Of a stretch of DNA of 64,000 nt, positions 55,890 to 64,000 are shown piece by piece. Position 1 is the stretch's first letter. Each line of letters opens with the position of its first letter. The notes under the pieces are model-generated. The model did no database searches and was not told the DNA's origin. It saw only the letters and a list, made by a program, of their open reading frames with translations. Origin of the DNA: an uncultured Deferribacteres bacterium (GTDB lineage Bacteria; Zhuqueibacterota; Zhuqueibacteria; Zhuqueibacterales; Geothermadaptataceae). The stretch covers positions 1,764 through 65,763 of the forward strand of contig CAXHAT010000007.1 of NCBI GenBank assembly GCA_964014485.1, written 5' to 3'. The position numbers and the translations under genes were made by a program.

Positions 55890-58800
55890 ATGCAAAAATA
55901 TGCTCGATGGATTCTTTTCGTTCTTTTTCTAAGCTCGAGTTTGGTTTTTGGCGCTGAAAAAAATGACGAAGTCGCTAAAATCGACCCGAATATTTTTGGA
56001 GAAATCAGCGCGCGCGCCATTGGCCCGGCAGTGATGAGCGGACGGATTACTTCGATTGACGTGGTCAATCAAGACAAAAAAATCATTTTTGTCGGCACGG
56101 CCACCGGCGGCGTTTGGCGCTCGAAAAGCGGCGGCGTCAAGTTCGAGCCGATTTTTGACAAGCATACACAGTCGGTTGGCGCGGTTCGCGTGGATCAGAA
56201 AAATCCCAAGAACATTTGGGTGGGAACCGGTGAGCATTGCCCGCGCAACAGCGTGAGCGTCGGAACGGGCGTTTATAAATCCACCGACGGCGGCGAAAAT
56301 TTTCGCAGCGTCGGTTTGACGGATTCCGAACGCATCAGCAACATTCTGGTCGATCCGACAAATTCGGACGTCGTCTATGTTGCCGCACTCGGCCATCTCT
56401 GGGGGCCTAATGAAGAACGCGGCGTTTTTAAAACAAGCGACGGCGGCAAGACTTGGGAAAAAGTGCTCTACGTCGACGAAAACACCGGGGCGTCTTCTCT
56501 CGCCATGGATCCGCAAGATCCCAACATTCTGTACGCCGGCATGTGGGAATTTCGCCGCAAAGCGTATACGTTCAATTCGGGCGGCGCCGGCAGCAATATT
56601 TATAAATCCATCGATGCCGGCAAGACTTGGGAGATTATGCGCAACGGTTTGCCGGAAGGAAATTTTGGACGAATTGAGGTTGCCGTCGCGCCTTCGCGTC
56701 CAAATGTTGTTTATGCGCTGGTTGAAGCCAAGCAAACGGCGCTTTACCGATCCGACGATCTCGGCATTAATTGGCGCGAAGTGAACAAATCGAGCACGGT
56801 GACCATGCGTCCGTTCTATTTTAGCCACTTGCGCGTCGATCCGAACAATCACGAAACGGTTTACAAGCCCGGCTTTACTTTTTCGGCCAGCTTTGACGGC
56901 GGTAAATCATTTTCAGCTGGAGGCTTTGGCGGCAGCGTGCATCCGGATCACCACGCGATCTGGATCAATCCTGACAACGGCGATCATTTACTTATCGGCA
57001 CCGACGGCGGCGTTTACGAATCGCGAGACAGGGGAAGAAGCTGGCTGTTTTTCAAGAACTTACCAGTATCGCAATTTTACCGCGCCAGCTACGATATGAA
57101 ACAGCCGTACAATGTTTACGGCGGCTTACAGGACAACGGTTCCTGGATGGGGCCGTCCAGCAGTCCGGGCGGCATTGCCAATAAAAATTGGGAGAATGTT
57201 GGCGGCGGCGACGGGTTTTACGTTTTTCCCGATCCCGCTGATGACGACGTGATTTACCTCGAATCGCAAGGAGGCAACATTGTTCGCAGGCATGTTTCCA
57301 CACGTGAAGCCAAGCAGATTAAGCCTTTTCCGAAAGAAGGCGAAGAAAAGTACCGCTTCAACTGGAACACGCCGATTGCCTTCAGTCCGACCAACCCCAA
57401 GCGCATGTATGCCGGCTCGCAATATCTTCTGCGCTCAACCGACCAGGGCGACTCCTGGGAAACGATCTCTCCAGACTTAACGACCGACGATCCTGAAAAA
57501 CAGAAGCAGCACCTTTCGGGCGGGATCACGATTGATAACACCACGGCTGAAAATCATTGCACGATTTACGCTATCAGTGAATCGCCGCAAGACCAGACCG
57601 TCATTTGGGCGGGCACGGACGACGGCAATTTGCAAGTGACCGCCGATGACGGCAAGACCTGGACGGACATCACGGCGAATATTCCAAATTTGCCGCCGGT
57701 GACCTGGTGCACCAGCGTGAAAGCCAGCGCCCACGACCGCAACACCGCCTACGCAACATTCGACGGTCATCGTAACAACGACATGACGCCGTATGTTTAC
57801 AAAACCACCGACCTCGGTAAAACCTGGCAAGCTCTGGCGACGGACGCGGTTGAAGGCTATGCGTTGGATATCTGCGAAGACCCGGTAAACTCGGACTTGC
57901 TGTTTTTGGGCACGGAATTCGGGCTGTTCGTTTCGCTGGACGGCGGCGTGCAGTGGGTGCGCTTCAAAGGCAATTTGCCCAAAGTCGGCGTGCGCGAAAT
58001 CAAAATTCACCCTCGGGACGCAGACGTTATTCTCGCCACGCACGGACGCGGGATTTACATCATCGACGATATTACGCCGCTGCGGCAAATCACGCAAGAC
58101 GTGCTTGCTTCGGACGTTGCGCTTTTCGAATCGCGCTCGTTTATGATTTCAATTCCGGGCTTCGGGCAGGAGTTTAACGGCGACGATCAATTCGTCGGCG
58201 CCAATCCGAATGAAGTGGCTTACATTACGTACTACTTAAAAAAGCGCCATCTTTTCGGCGACATGCGCATCGAAATTTACGGCCCGGACGGGGAATTGGT
58301 CAAAACGCTTTCCGGCGGTAAGCGCAAGGGGATTAACCGAGCAACCTGGGCGATGCGTTTGCCTGCGCCGCGCATTCCTCGCTCCAACACCCTCGCGATG
58401 GGGGCGATGTTCGGCCCGATGGCAAAGGCCGGAACTTACAGCGTCAAGCTCATCAAGGGCGACAAGGAATACACCTCTTCGCTGGAGCTAAAGCATGACC
58501 CGAAATTTGGCCACACCGCTGAAGATCGCGACTTGCAGCATAAGACCGTGATGCAACTTTATGGTATGCAAGAAAAGCTGGCGTACATCGCGATGGTGAC
58601 GACCAAAGCGCGAGATGACGCGAAAAAAAATGCGGAAGGTTTGAAAAAAGGGGATGGATTAGCGAAAGATTTAACCCGATTCGCCGACGAGCTTGACGCT
58701 TTCCACAAGACCGTAGTTTCAACCAGCCGTGCGGGAATGTTTGGCGGTGAAACGAGATTGCGCGAGAAGATCATCCAGATTTTCGGCTCTGTCAACGGTT

Positions 58801-58988
58801 ACGCTGGCCGTCCCAGCCAGACGGAATTGGATCGCATCGAAGTCTTGAAAGGCGAGCTCACTGACGCTGAAGCCAGATTTACAAAAATCATTGACGGCGG
58901 CGTTGATCGGCTGAACAAAAAACTAACTGCCAAAAAACTAAAACCGCTTGAAATCCTGACCGAGGAAGAATTTCAAAAGCAAAAATAA
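55890..58988 (+). CDS. Secreted BNR/Asp-box repeat protein of the VPS10/sortilin-like double-propeller type
   Basis: Signal peptide. At least 10 Asp-boxes (STDGGENF, TSDGGKTW, SIDAGKTW, SDDLGINW, SFDGGKSF, SRDRGRSW, STDQGDSW, TADDGKTW, TTDLGKTW, SLDGGVQW). Confidence 0.8.
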   Translation: MQKYARWILFVLFLSSSLVFGAEKNDEVAKIDPNIFGEISARAIGPAVMSGRITSIDVVNQDKKIIFVGTATGGVWRSKSGGVKFEPIFDKHTQSVGAVRVDQKNPKNIWVGTGEHCPRNSVSVGTGVYKSTDGGENFRSVGLTDSERISNILVDPTNSDVVYVAALGHLWGPNEERGVFKTSDGGKTWEKVLYVDENTGASSLAMDPQDPNILYAGMWEFRRKAYTFNSGGAGSNIYKSIDAGKTWEIMRNGLPEGNFGRIEVAVAPSRPNVVYALVEAKQTALYRSDDLGINWREVNKSSTVTMRPFYFSHLRVDPNNHETVYKPGFTFSASFDGGKSFSAGGFGGSVHPDHHAIWINPDNGDHLLIGTDGGVYESRDRGRSWLFFKNLPVSQFYRASYDMKQPYNVYGGLQDNGSWMGPSSSPGGIANKNWENVGGGDGFYVFPDPADDDVIYLESQGGNIVRRHVSTREAKQIKPFPKEGEEKYRFNWNTPIAFSPTNPKRMYAGSQYLLRSTDQGDSWETISPDLTTDDPEKQKQHLSGGITIDNTTAENHCTIYAISESPQDQTVIWAGTDDGNLQVTADDGKTWTDITANIPNLPPVTWCTSVKASAHDRNTAYATFDGHRNNDMTPYVYKTTDLGKTWQALATDAVEGYALDICEDPVNSDLLFLGTEFGLFVSLDGGVQWVRFKGNLPKVGVREIKIHPRDADVILATHGRGIYIIDDITPLRQITQDVLASDVALFESRSFMISIPGFGQEFNGDDQFVGANPNEVAYITYYLKKRHLFGDMRIEIYGPDGELVKTLSGGKRKGINRATWAMRLPAPRIPRSNTLAMGAMFGPMAKAGTYSVKLIKGDKEYTSSLELKHDPKFGHTAEDRDLQHKTVMQLYGMQEKLAYIAMVTTKARDDAKKNAEGLKKGDGLAKDLTRFADELDAFHKTVVSTSRAGMFGGETRLREKIIQIFGSVNGYAGRPSQTELDRIEVLKGELTDAEARFTKIIDGGVDRLNKKLTAKKLKPLEILTEEEFQKQK

Positions 58989-58999
58989 TGATCGGATGA

Positions 59000-59032
59000 T
59001 AGAGACGCGATGCATCGCGTCTCTACATTTTT
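59000..59032 (+). terminator. Rho-independent terminator after the BNR gene
   Basis: Perfect palindrome TAGAGACGCGATG/CATCGCGTCTCTA followed by CATTTTT. Confidence 0.8.
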
Positions 59033-59072
59033 CAATTTCCCAACCTTTTGAAGAACAAGTCTGTAGCAGTTC

Positions 59073-59366
59073 AATTACTTTTATGCACGCATCGTTTGAC
59101 ACGCGCGATCAGAGTCCGAGGGCAACTTTTGATTCTCATTAGCTGCGCGCTTCAGCGCGTAGGAATGAGTGCAAATTCATCCCCCCATTTCCTCCCGCCG
59201 AGTTAACTCGGCGGGAGGAAAAGAAGAGCGCCCGACCAAGTCCACGCGCTGAAGCGCGCGGCTAATGAGACGCCCGGACAGTCAGCGCTGAAGCGCGGCG
59301 TTAATGAGACGGCTTTTGTCTCGGGACTCAGGATGTGCGTTGCCGTGCGTAACATCCGTTACTTAA
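59073..59366. repeat. Family C TIR-bounded repeat, second copy (no nested hairpin)
   Basis: Shares with 24766-25232 the arms ...GAGGGCAACTTTTGATTCTCATTAGC / GTTAATGAGACGGCTTTTGTCTCGGGAC...GCGTTGCCGTGCGTAACATC, and a central hairpin CCTCCCGCCGAGTTAACTCGGCGGGAGG. Confidence 0.7.
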
Positions 59367-59489
59367 AAATAAAGAGCTTATAACTCTCTTGATTCGTTTT
59401 AATTGACATACCGTCGTTCCCTCCCTACATTCTTTTGTTTTTCAATGCGTTAAGGCGCAATTTCATTTAATTTTTTCGAGGAGGGAATC

Positions 59490-59888
59490 ATGGACATGAA
59501 AAAAGCCTTGATCGCCGGTTTGGTCGCCGGGGTCGCTCTTTTTGTGTACGAGTTTGTTATCCACGCGTTGTTGCTGGCCGGGACTTACGCCGAGTACAAT
59601 CAGGTTTTTCGCCAAGACGGCAACCCGGTGTATTTTCCGCTTTTGGCGCTGGCGCAAGCTCTTGCCGCAGGCGTAATTTTCGCGAAAACGCGTTCTGCGT
59701 GGGGCGCGGGCTTCAAAGGCGGCGCTACATTTGGGTTCTGGATTGGGTTGGTTTTCTTTTTCAGAGAGTTTTACAACCCTCTGACGATTGAAGGCTTCCC
59801 GTACTATCTTGCCTGGTGCTGGGGAACGGCTCTGATGCTCGGTTGGATAATCGCCGGGAGCGTGATGAGCTTGATGTATAAAGAATAG
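59490..59888 (+). CDS. Small integral membrane protein (about 4 predicted TM helices), function unknown
   Basis: 132 aa. GGAGGG RBS-like sequence upstream. Strongly hydrophobic segments. Followed by the hairpin CGTAGAGGTTCAAAGCCTTGAATCTCTACG (59900-59929). Confidence 0.6.
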   Translation: MDMKKALIAGLVAGVALFVYEFVIHALLLAGTYAEYNQVFRQDGNPVYFPLLALAQALAAGVIFAKTRSAWGAGFKGGATFGFWIGLVFFFREFYNPLTIEGFPYYLAWCWGTALMLGWIIAGSVMSLMYKE

Positions 59889-60087
59889 ATTTTATGAGTC
59901 GTAGAGGTTCAAAGCCTTGAATCTCTACGATAGCTTGGTACTCCCGCCTAAATTTGCCTGCAATCCCCCAGACAAATAATCGATTTTGAAAATTGTTTTT
60001 CGTTGTCATACAATCTTTGCTCTTGCACGACTAAATCAATTGTGTTACTTTTGATTGAAGATTATACACGATACGAAGGAGAAAAAA

Positions 60088-60348
60088 TTGGCAGGCACGA
60101 TTCTAAATACGCGCGTTGATCCAGAAGTGCTAAGCGACGCGGAGAGGATTCTGAAAACTCTTGGAATTAGCCGATCCGTTGCGATCAACATGTTTTATCG
60201 AATGGTCATTCTTAAAAAAGGCTTGCCCTGGAAGCCAAATCTCGACGAGACGGAATATGTCATGAGCAATCCAAACCTTGTTGAGCAAATCGAACAAAGC
60301 ATGGATGAGTTTAAAAACGGAGATTTTTTCCTGCGCCGAAGGGGGTGA
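60088..60348 (+). CDS. Type II antitoxin: RelB/DinJ-type RHH N-terminus with a YefM-like toxin-binding C-terminus
   Basis: TILNTRVDPEVLSDAERILKTLGISRSVAINMFYRMV..GLPW (DinJ/RelB pattern), then ETEYVMSNPNLVEQIEQSMDEFKNG (YefM-tail pattern). TTG 60088 lies 6 nt after GAAGGAG. The ORF also opens at TTG 60055. Confidence 0.7.
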   Translation: MAGTILNTRVDPEVLSDAERILKTLGISRSVAINMFYRMVILKKGLPWKPNLDETEYVMSNPNLVEQIEQSMDEFKNGDFFLRRRG

Positions 60349-60351
60349 CCG

Positions 60352-60669
60352 ATGAGATTGATCGCCTTTAGCAGCCGCTCATTCGAAGAGTATGAGAAAC
60401 TCCGCCAAAAGAACAAGGCTTTGCATAAAAAGCTTTTGAAAATCCTGGTCGAAATGCAGCGCGGAAATCCGTGGGAAGGGGTTGGCAAGCCCGACCCTTT
60501 GAAAGGGAATTATTCCGGACTGTGGTCGCGCCGCTTATCCGAAAAAGATCGCGTGATTTATCGATTTGATGATAAAATGATTTACGTTTTTGCTATCGGC
60601 GGGCATATGGCGACCGATAAGCCAAAAAATTTTATAAGACGGTCTGGTTCTTTAAAAACTTCATTGTGA
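60352..60669 (+). CDS. yoeB: YoeB/Txe-family toxin with an atypical extended C-terminus
   Basis: GVGKPDPLKGNYSGLWSRRLSEKDRVIY matches the YoeB core (GKGKPEPLK..LSGFWSRRI..EHRLVY). It ends ...GGHM plus 19 aa instead of ...HY-stop. 3-nt gap after the antitoxin. Confidence 0.75.
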   Translation: MRLIAFSSRSFEEYEKLRQKNKALHKKLLKILVEMQRGNPWEGVGKPDPLKGNYSGLWSRRLSEKDRVIYRFDDKMIYVFAIGGHMATDKPKNFIRRSGSLKTSL

Positions 60670-62392
60670 CCGTCGTTCCTTCTCCTTCCAGGCTCTCCAA
60701 AGATACGCTTCCCCCCATTTCTTCGATGATCCGTCGAACGTTTGACAGGCCCAGACCCGTGCCGTCCGGCTTTGTCGTCAAGCGAGTATAGAATAATTGC
60801 TCTTGTAAATCCTGCGACATCCCAACGCCGTTGTCTTGCCAGGAGACAAAGACGTTTTTGTCACCCTCCGTCACTTCGACCGTCACGGTTCCCGAATCCT
60901 CAATCGCTTCAATGCTGTTGCGCAACACATTCTCAAATGCGCGCCGGAGCTGCACGGCGTCGCCGACGATCTTTGCATCACTTCCGGAAAAATTTTTGAT
61001 AAATTGAATTTTCTTTTCCGGGAACTCCTGATAATTTTCCAGCAACGCTTCCACGACCGTCCGAACGCGAATTGGCTCGCGCTTGAATGTCTGGCGCATT
61101 TGCGCGTAATCCTTGGCAAGACGCTCCAAATATTCAATGCTTTCGGCAACAGTCGATTCGCGTTCCTTGAAAATCTTTGGCAATTCGGCGGGCGTTTCTT
61201 GTGCAGTTTCTCGCCAGTGATTCATTACATTTTTTATCGGCAAGAACCCGTTTTTGATGTCGTGGTTAACTTGCCGCGCCACCTCGGCGTAAGCCGCTTT
61301 TTGTTCCGCCGAAAGAAGTTCGCGTTTGTCTCGTTGCAAGCGCCAAATCATGCGTTCCAGCGAAGAAGCCAGAACGCCGACTTCATCGTCACGATTGATA
61401 TGAAAATCAATCTTAGGATTTTCGAGCGAGATTTTTCCTGCAGATTCACTCAACAATCGCAGCGGCTTGGTAATGATGCGCGCACGCCAAATTGAAAGCA
61501 GAATGACGAGCACAATTCCGCCGCCAAAAATAAAAGAGACACTGTCATTGAAGACCCCAAGAATTTGCTGCAAAGACGATTTTGGGTAGAGAAACAGCCA
61601 GCGCGCTTCAGCCAGCAAACCGTCGCTGACCGTTGGCATGGCAAAATGTCCTGCAGTGAAGTCCGCGTCAATTTCAGGGGGGGCGACAAAGATTTGTTGG
61701 CCTAAAACCGCGTCTTCTAGATTTTCCAGTTCCGTTACGTTTTCGCTTTCGCCAATCGTTTTTTCCGGCAAAATGAGCAGCAAGATTTCGTCGTCATTTT
61801 GGCGCAATTGCTCAAGAAAACCTTCGTTGATCGCCGCGCCCGCCAATAGGCGGAATTTTTTGGCGCCGAATTGAACTGAATCGAGCACTGTCAGGCAAGT
61901 CATCTCACCAGATTGAGCGGAAAAATTAGCCAGCAATGCTGGAACGGTTGACATTTCGTGGTAACGGACAAGCGATTGCACGTCCCGCCCAAAGCTTTGG
62001 CGGGCATGTCCCGAGCTCACGACTTTTCCCGCCTCGTCGATAATTTCCAGTACGTCCAATCCCATCGTTGGCATGAACGACGGCGCGTAGTCGAGAATGT
62101 AGCCGTCTAATCGAAAATTCGGTTCGAAAAGAACGCGATAGCGAAATTCGCGATCTTCGCGCAGAATTTCGGCGAATCCTTGCACTTGCTTTCGAATGAG
62201 CTCGCTGCGCGCGGCCAAGGCGGCCTGAATATTTGCCAGAGATTTATCGACGGTTTCTCTGTATTGACGGTTAAATTGCTCGGAAACCGTGTGCCTGATC
62301 GTCACCGCGAGCAGGAGCATAACGCCAAGAAACAGAGCCGCGTAGGTGAGCGCAAATTTTGTAGCGAGGGAGGAATGTGATTGTTTTTTCAT
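60632..62392 (-). CDS. Sensor histidine kinase (periplasmic sensor region, HAMP, HisKA, HATPase_c)
   Basis: Two TM segments. HAMP-like ITKPLRLLSESAGKIS. H-box VARQVNHDIKNGF. N-box VLRNSIEA. G-box GTGLGLSNV. Confidence 0.85.
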   Translation of the reverse strand: MKKQSHSSLATKFALTYAALFLGVMLLLAVTIRHTVSEQFNRQYRETVDKSLANIQAALAARSELIRKQVQGFAEILREDREFRYRVLFEPNFRLDGYILDYAPSFMPTMGLDVLEIIDEAGKVVSSGHARQSFGRDVQSLVRYHEMSTVPALLANFSAQSGEMTCLTVLDSVQFGAKKFRLLAGAAINEGFLEQLRQNDDEILLLILPEKTIGESENVTELENLEDAVLGQQIFVAPPEIDADFTAGHFAMPTVSDGLLAEARWLFLYPKSSLQQILGVFNDSVSFIFGGGIVLVILLSIWRARIITKPLRLLSESAGKISLENPKIDFHINRDDEVGVLASSLERMIWRLQRDKRELLSAEQKAAYAEVARQVNHDIKNGFLPIKNVMNHWRETAQETPAELPKIFKERESTVAESIEYLERLAKDYAQMRQTFKREPIRVRTVVEALLENYQEFPEKKIQFIKNFSGSDAKIVGDAVQLRRAFENVLRNSIEAIEDSGTVTVEVTEGDKNVFVSWQDNGVGMSQDLQEQLFYTRLTTKPDGTGLGLSNVRRIIEEMGGSVSLESLEGEGTTVTMKFLKNQTVL

Positions 62393-64000
62393 TGACTGAC
62401 GCGCGCTTTTGATAGATCGAATCGCCCGAATCCAAGCAGGCGCAAATCTCTGAGCTTCCTGGGGAAAACGGCGTAGTTTGTCACTTTGACGAGCGGGTAA
62501 ATTTGAAGATCGTCAAAAACGCTTTTTTCAAATTCTCTCACCAAAGTTGACGGTTGGCCGTCGTTAAAATTGTTGAAAAGCGGCTGTTTTTCAGGAGGCA
62601 AGATAGCATTCGCGAAGGACGCGGCATTGTGCAATGCGTGATGAAACTCCGGGGAAAAGGCGTCGATCAAAAGGTCAAAAGCCCGGCTCTTAATTCGTTC
62701 TTGAAACACAATTTGGGAGAGTGCGACAGGCGAAAAATGTGGAATTTGGAGTTGCGTTAAACGCGCGTCCAGACGTTCGGCGATTTGGCGGGCCGTCGGG
62801 TCGTTTTTGCGGTAAATCAATTCCAGCGGTCGCTTGCCGCGCCAATTAAGCGGCGCCTGTCGATGAATCTCCGTAAAATGATATTCTCCGAAAAAGGTCG
62901 AAGCCGCTGCTGCGTTTGCAACGGTTAAAATGTTCGCCAGGTTGGCGCGCTCGACCGCAGCCAAAACCGCCTGACGAAAAACAGCTTCTCTGAGGGAGCT
63001 GCGCCGGGCGTTCATACGTAAAAAATAAGTCGACGCTTCGGGGAAGGCCGCCACTTGCAAGTTTTCGACACGCTTATAAAATGCGACGTCTTTGGATGAA
63101 CTTACCAGGGAAAACGCATTTTCCGAAGCAAGCACTGCGTCCAGCAATTTCGGCTCTTCCGTCCTTTTTAAGGAAAAGCCGGCCAGATTGATCCTTTCGC
63201 CGGTGTAGTGAGCGTTGGCTTGAAGCGTCGTCTCGTCTACCTGGCGGAATGTATCGTTTTCTTTGAGATAAAACGGGCCCGTCCCGAGATCGGGAGAATC
63301 GGCTCTGGAAAATTTGCGCACGGCAAAACCAGGGTGAGACAAAAGGGCGAGCAGCCGCGAAACTGGTTTGACGAATTCAATTTCCAGGATCAGATTGTCG
63401 ACGATTCGTAAGCCGGAGATTTTAAGAGAATCACCGCGGACAAAAGCGTCGCCGCCCGCAATTTTTTGCAAAACCCAGCGGATCGATTGCGCCGAAGCGT
63501 CAGGTTTGCGCCAATTGCTTTCCCAGCCTTTTTTTAGCGTTTTTGCATCGAGTGTTGTTCCGTCGGAGAATCGGCGAGCGTCTTTTAGCCGAATTTTCCA
63601 GCGACGACCTGCTTGCTGCATTTCTATATTTTCAGCAAGAACGTACGTCAATTCTCCCGTTTTGCTCATTTTGACCAATGGCTCATAAACAAGCCCTGAA
63701 AAGCTTTCCAAGATGAGTTGATCGATGTTCGTCTTGTTGGAAAAAATGAATTGCAATCGAGCGTTGCCGGAAGCGTTTTGGAATGCGTCAAGCGCTGCGG
63801 CTTGAGAAGCGACGTCTTCCGTAATCAACGCGTCGCTTTCGGTCAGAGGAAGTGAGGGAGCGTCACGTGGAGTTCTTTCAAAAAAGGGAAAAACAAACAA
63901 CGCACCGCTTTTTTGGACGACGAACGGTGAGTCTCGTGAATCCGGCGATTCAGCCATGTATGTTTTTAGGGCGATTTCGTAGGATTCTCTGCGAATTTCG
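62389..64000 (-). CDS. SBP_bac_5 (peptide/nickel-type) solute-binding-protein homologue, probably 5'-truncated by the window edge
   Basis: VYEPLVKMSKTGELTYVLAENIEM...WKIRLKDARRFSDGTTLDAKTL follows the family-5 SBP pattern. The frame stays open from ATG 63957 to the window end, and there is no signal peptide after that ATG. The stop overlaps the kinase start (ATGA). Confidence 0.65.
   Translation of the reverse strand, partial: EIRRESYEIALKTYMAESPDSRDSPFVVQKSGALFVFPFFERTPRDAPSLPLTESDALITEDVASQAAALDAFQNASGNARLQFIFSNKTNIDQLILESFSGLVYEPLVKMSKTGELTYVLAENIEMQQAGRRWKIRLKDARRFSDGTTLDAKTLKKGWESNWRKPDASAQSIRWVLQKIAGGDAFVRGDSLKISGLRIVDNLILEIEFVKPVSRLLALLSHPGFAVRKFSRADSPDLGTGPFYLKENDTFRQVDETTLQANAHYTGERINLAGFSLKRTEEPKLLDAVLASENAFSLVSSSKDVAFYKRVENLQVAAFPEASTYFLRMNARRSSLREAVFRQAVLAAVERANLANILTVANAAAASTFFGEYHFTEIHRQAPLNWRGKRPLELIYRKNDPTARQIAERLDARLTQLQIPHFSPVALSQIVFQERIKSRAFDLLIDAFSPEFHHALHNAASFANAILPPEKQPLFNNFNDGQPSTLVREFEKSVFDDLQIYPLVKVTNYAVFPRKLRDLRLLGFGRFDLSKARVSQ

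Noticed and set aside
1-64000. CRISPR array, tRNA, rRNA, integrase or transposase
   Set aside because: The repeats present are dispersed palindromes, not regularly spaced direct repeats with unique spacers. No cloverleaf-like or rRNA-like sequence and no recombinase motif was recognised in any frame. tRNAscan-SE, Infernal or ISEScan would confirm this.

Overview
This is a 64-kb chromosomal segment of about 50% GC from what looks like an uncultured diderm bacterium. LolCDE, an Mla/MCE transporter, an OmpA with thrombospondin-3 repeats, a GWxTD protein, a BNR/sortilin protein and a sulfatase loosely suggest an FCB-group-like lineage, but the lineage cannot be resolved from sequence alone. I support about 48 protein genes. 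I recognised no rRNA, tRNA, CRISPR array, integrase or transposase. Housekeeping genes are clpB (partial), polA, lspA, lysS, alr, clpC and lolDE. The best candidate for a novel system is a partner-switching trio (GAF-PP2C phosphatase, RsbW-like kinase, phosphorylatable STAS protein) translationally coupled to an mlaE-mlaF-MCE-lipoprotein lipid ABC transporter, with no sigma factor in the cluster. Other points of interest: (1) an mcsA-mcsB-clpC arginine-kinase proteolysis module joined to lolE-lolD in a diderm context; (2) at least five families of palindromic or TIR-bounded intergenic repeats, some inside operons and one nested in another; (3) a sharply low-GC orphan gene for a membrane-anchored protein next to a CAT-type acetyltransferase; (4) a hybrid DinJ/YefM-type antitoxin paired with a YoeB toxin whose catalytic C-terminus looks frameshifted; (5) a solitary OLD/AriA-like ABC ATPase that stops where a TOPRIM domain would begin; (6) an orphan Ku; (7) three tandem LolA-like paralogues followed by a 1033-aa BNR/sortilin-like protein; (8) a shared direct-repeat box upstream of an OmpR-type two-component operon and of the gene downstream of it. 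All functional calls come from motif recognition by eye. No database search was possible.
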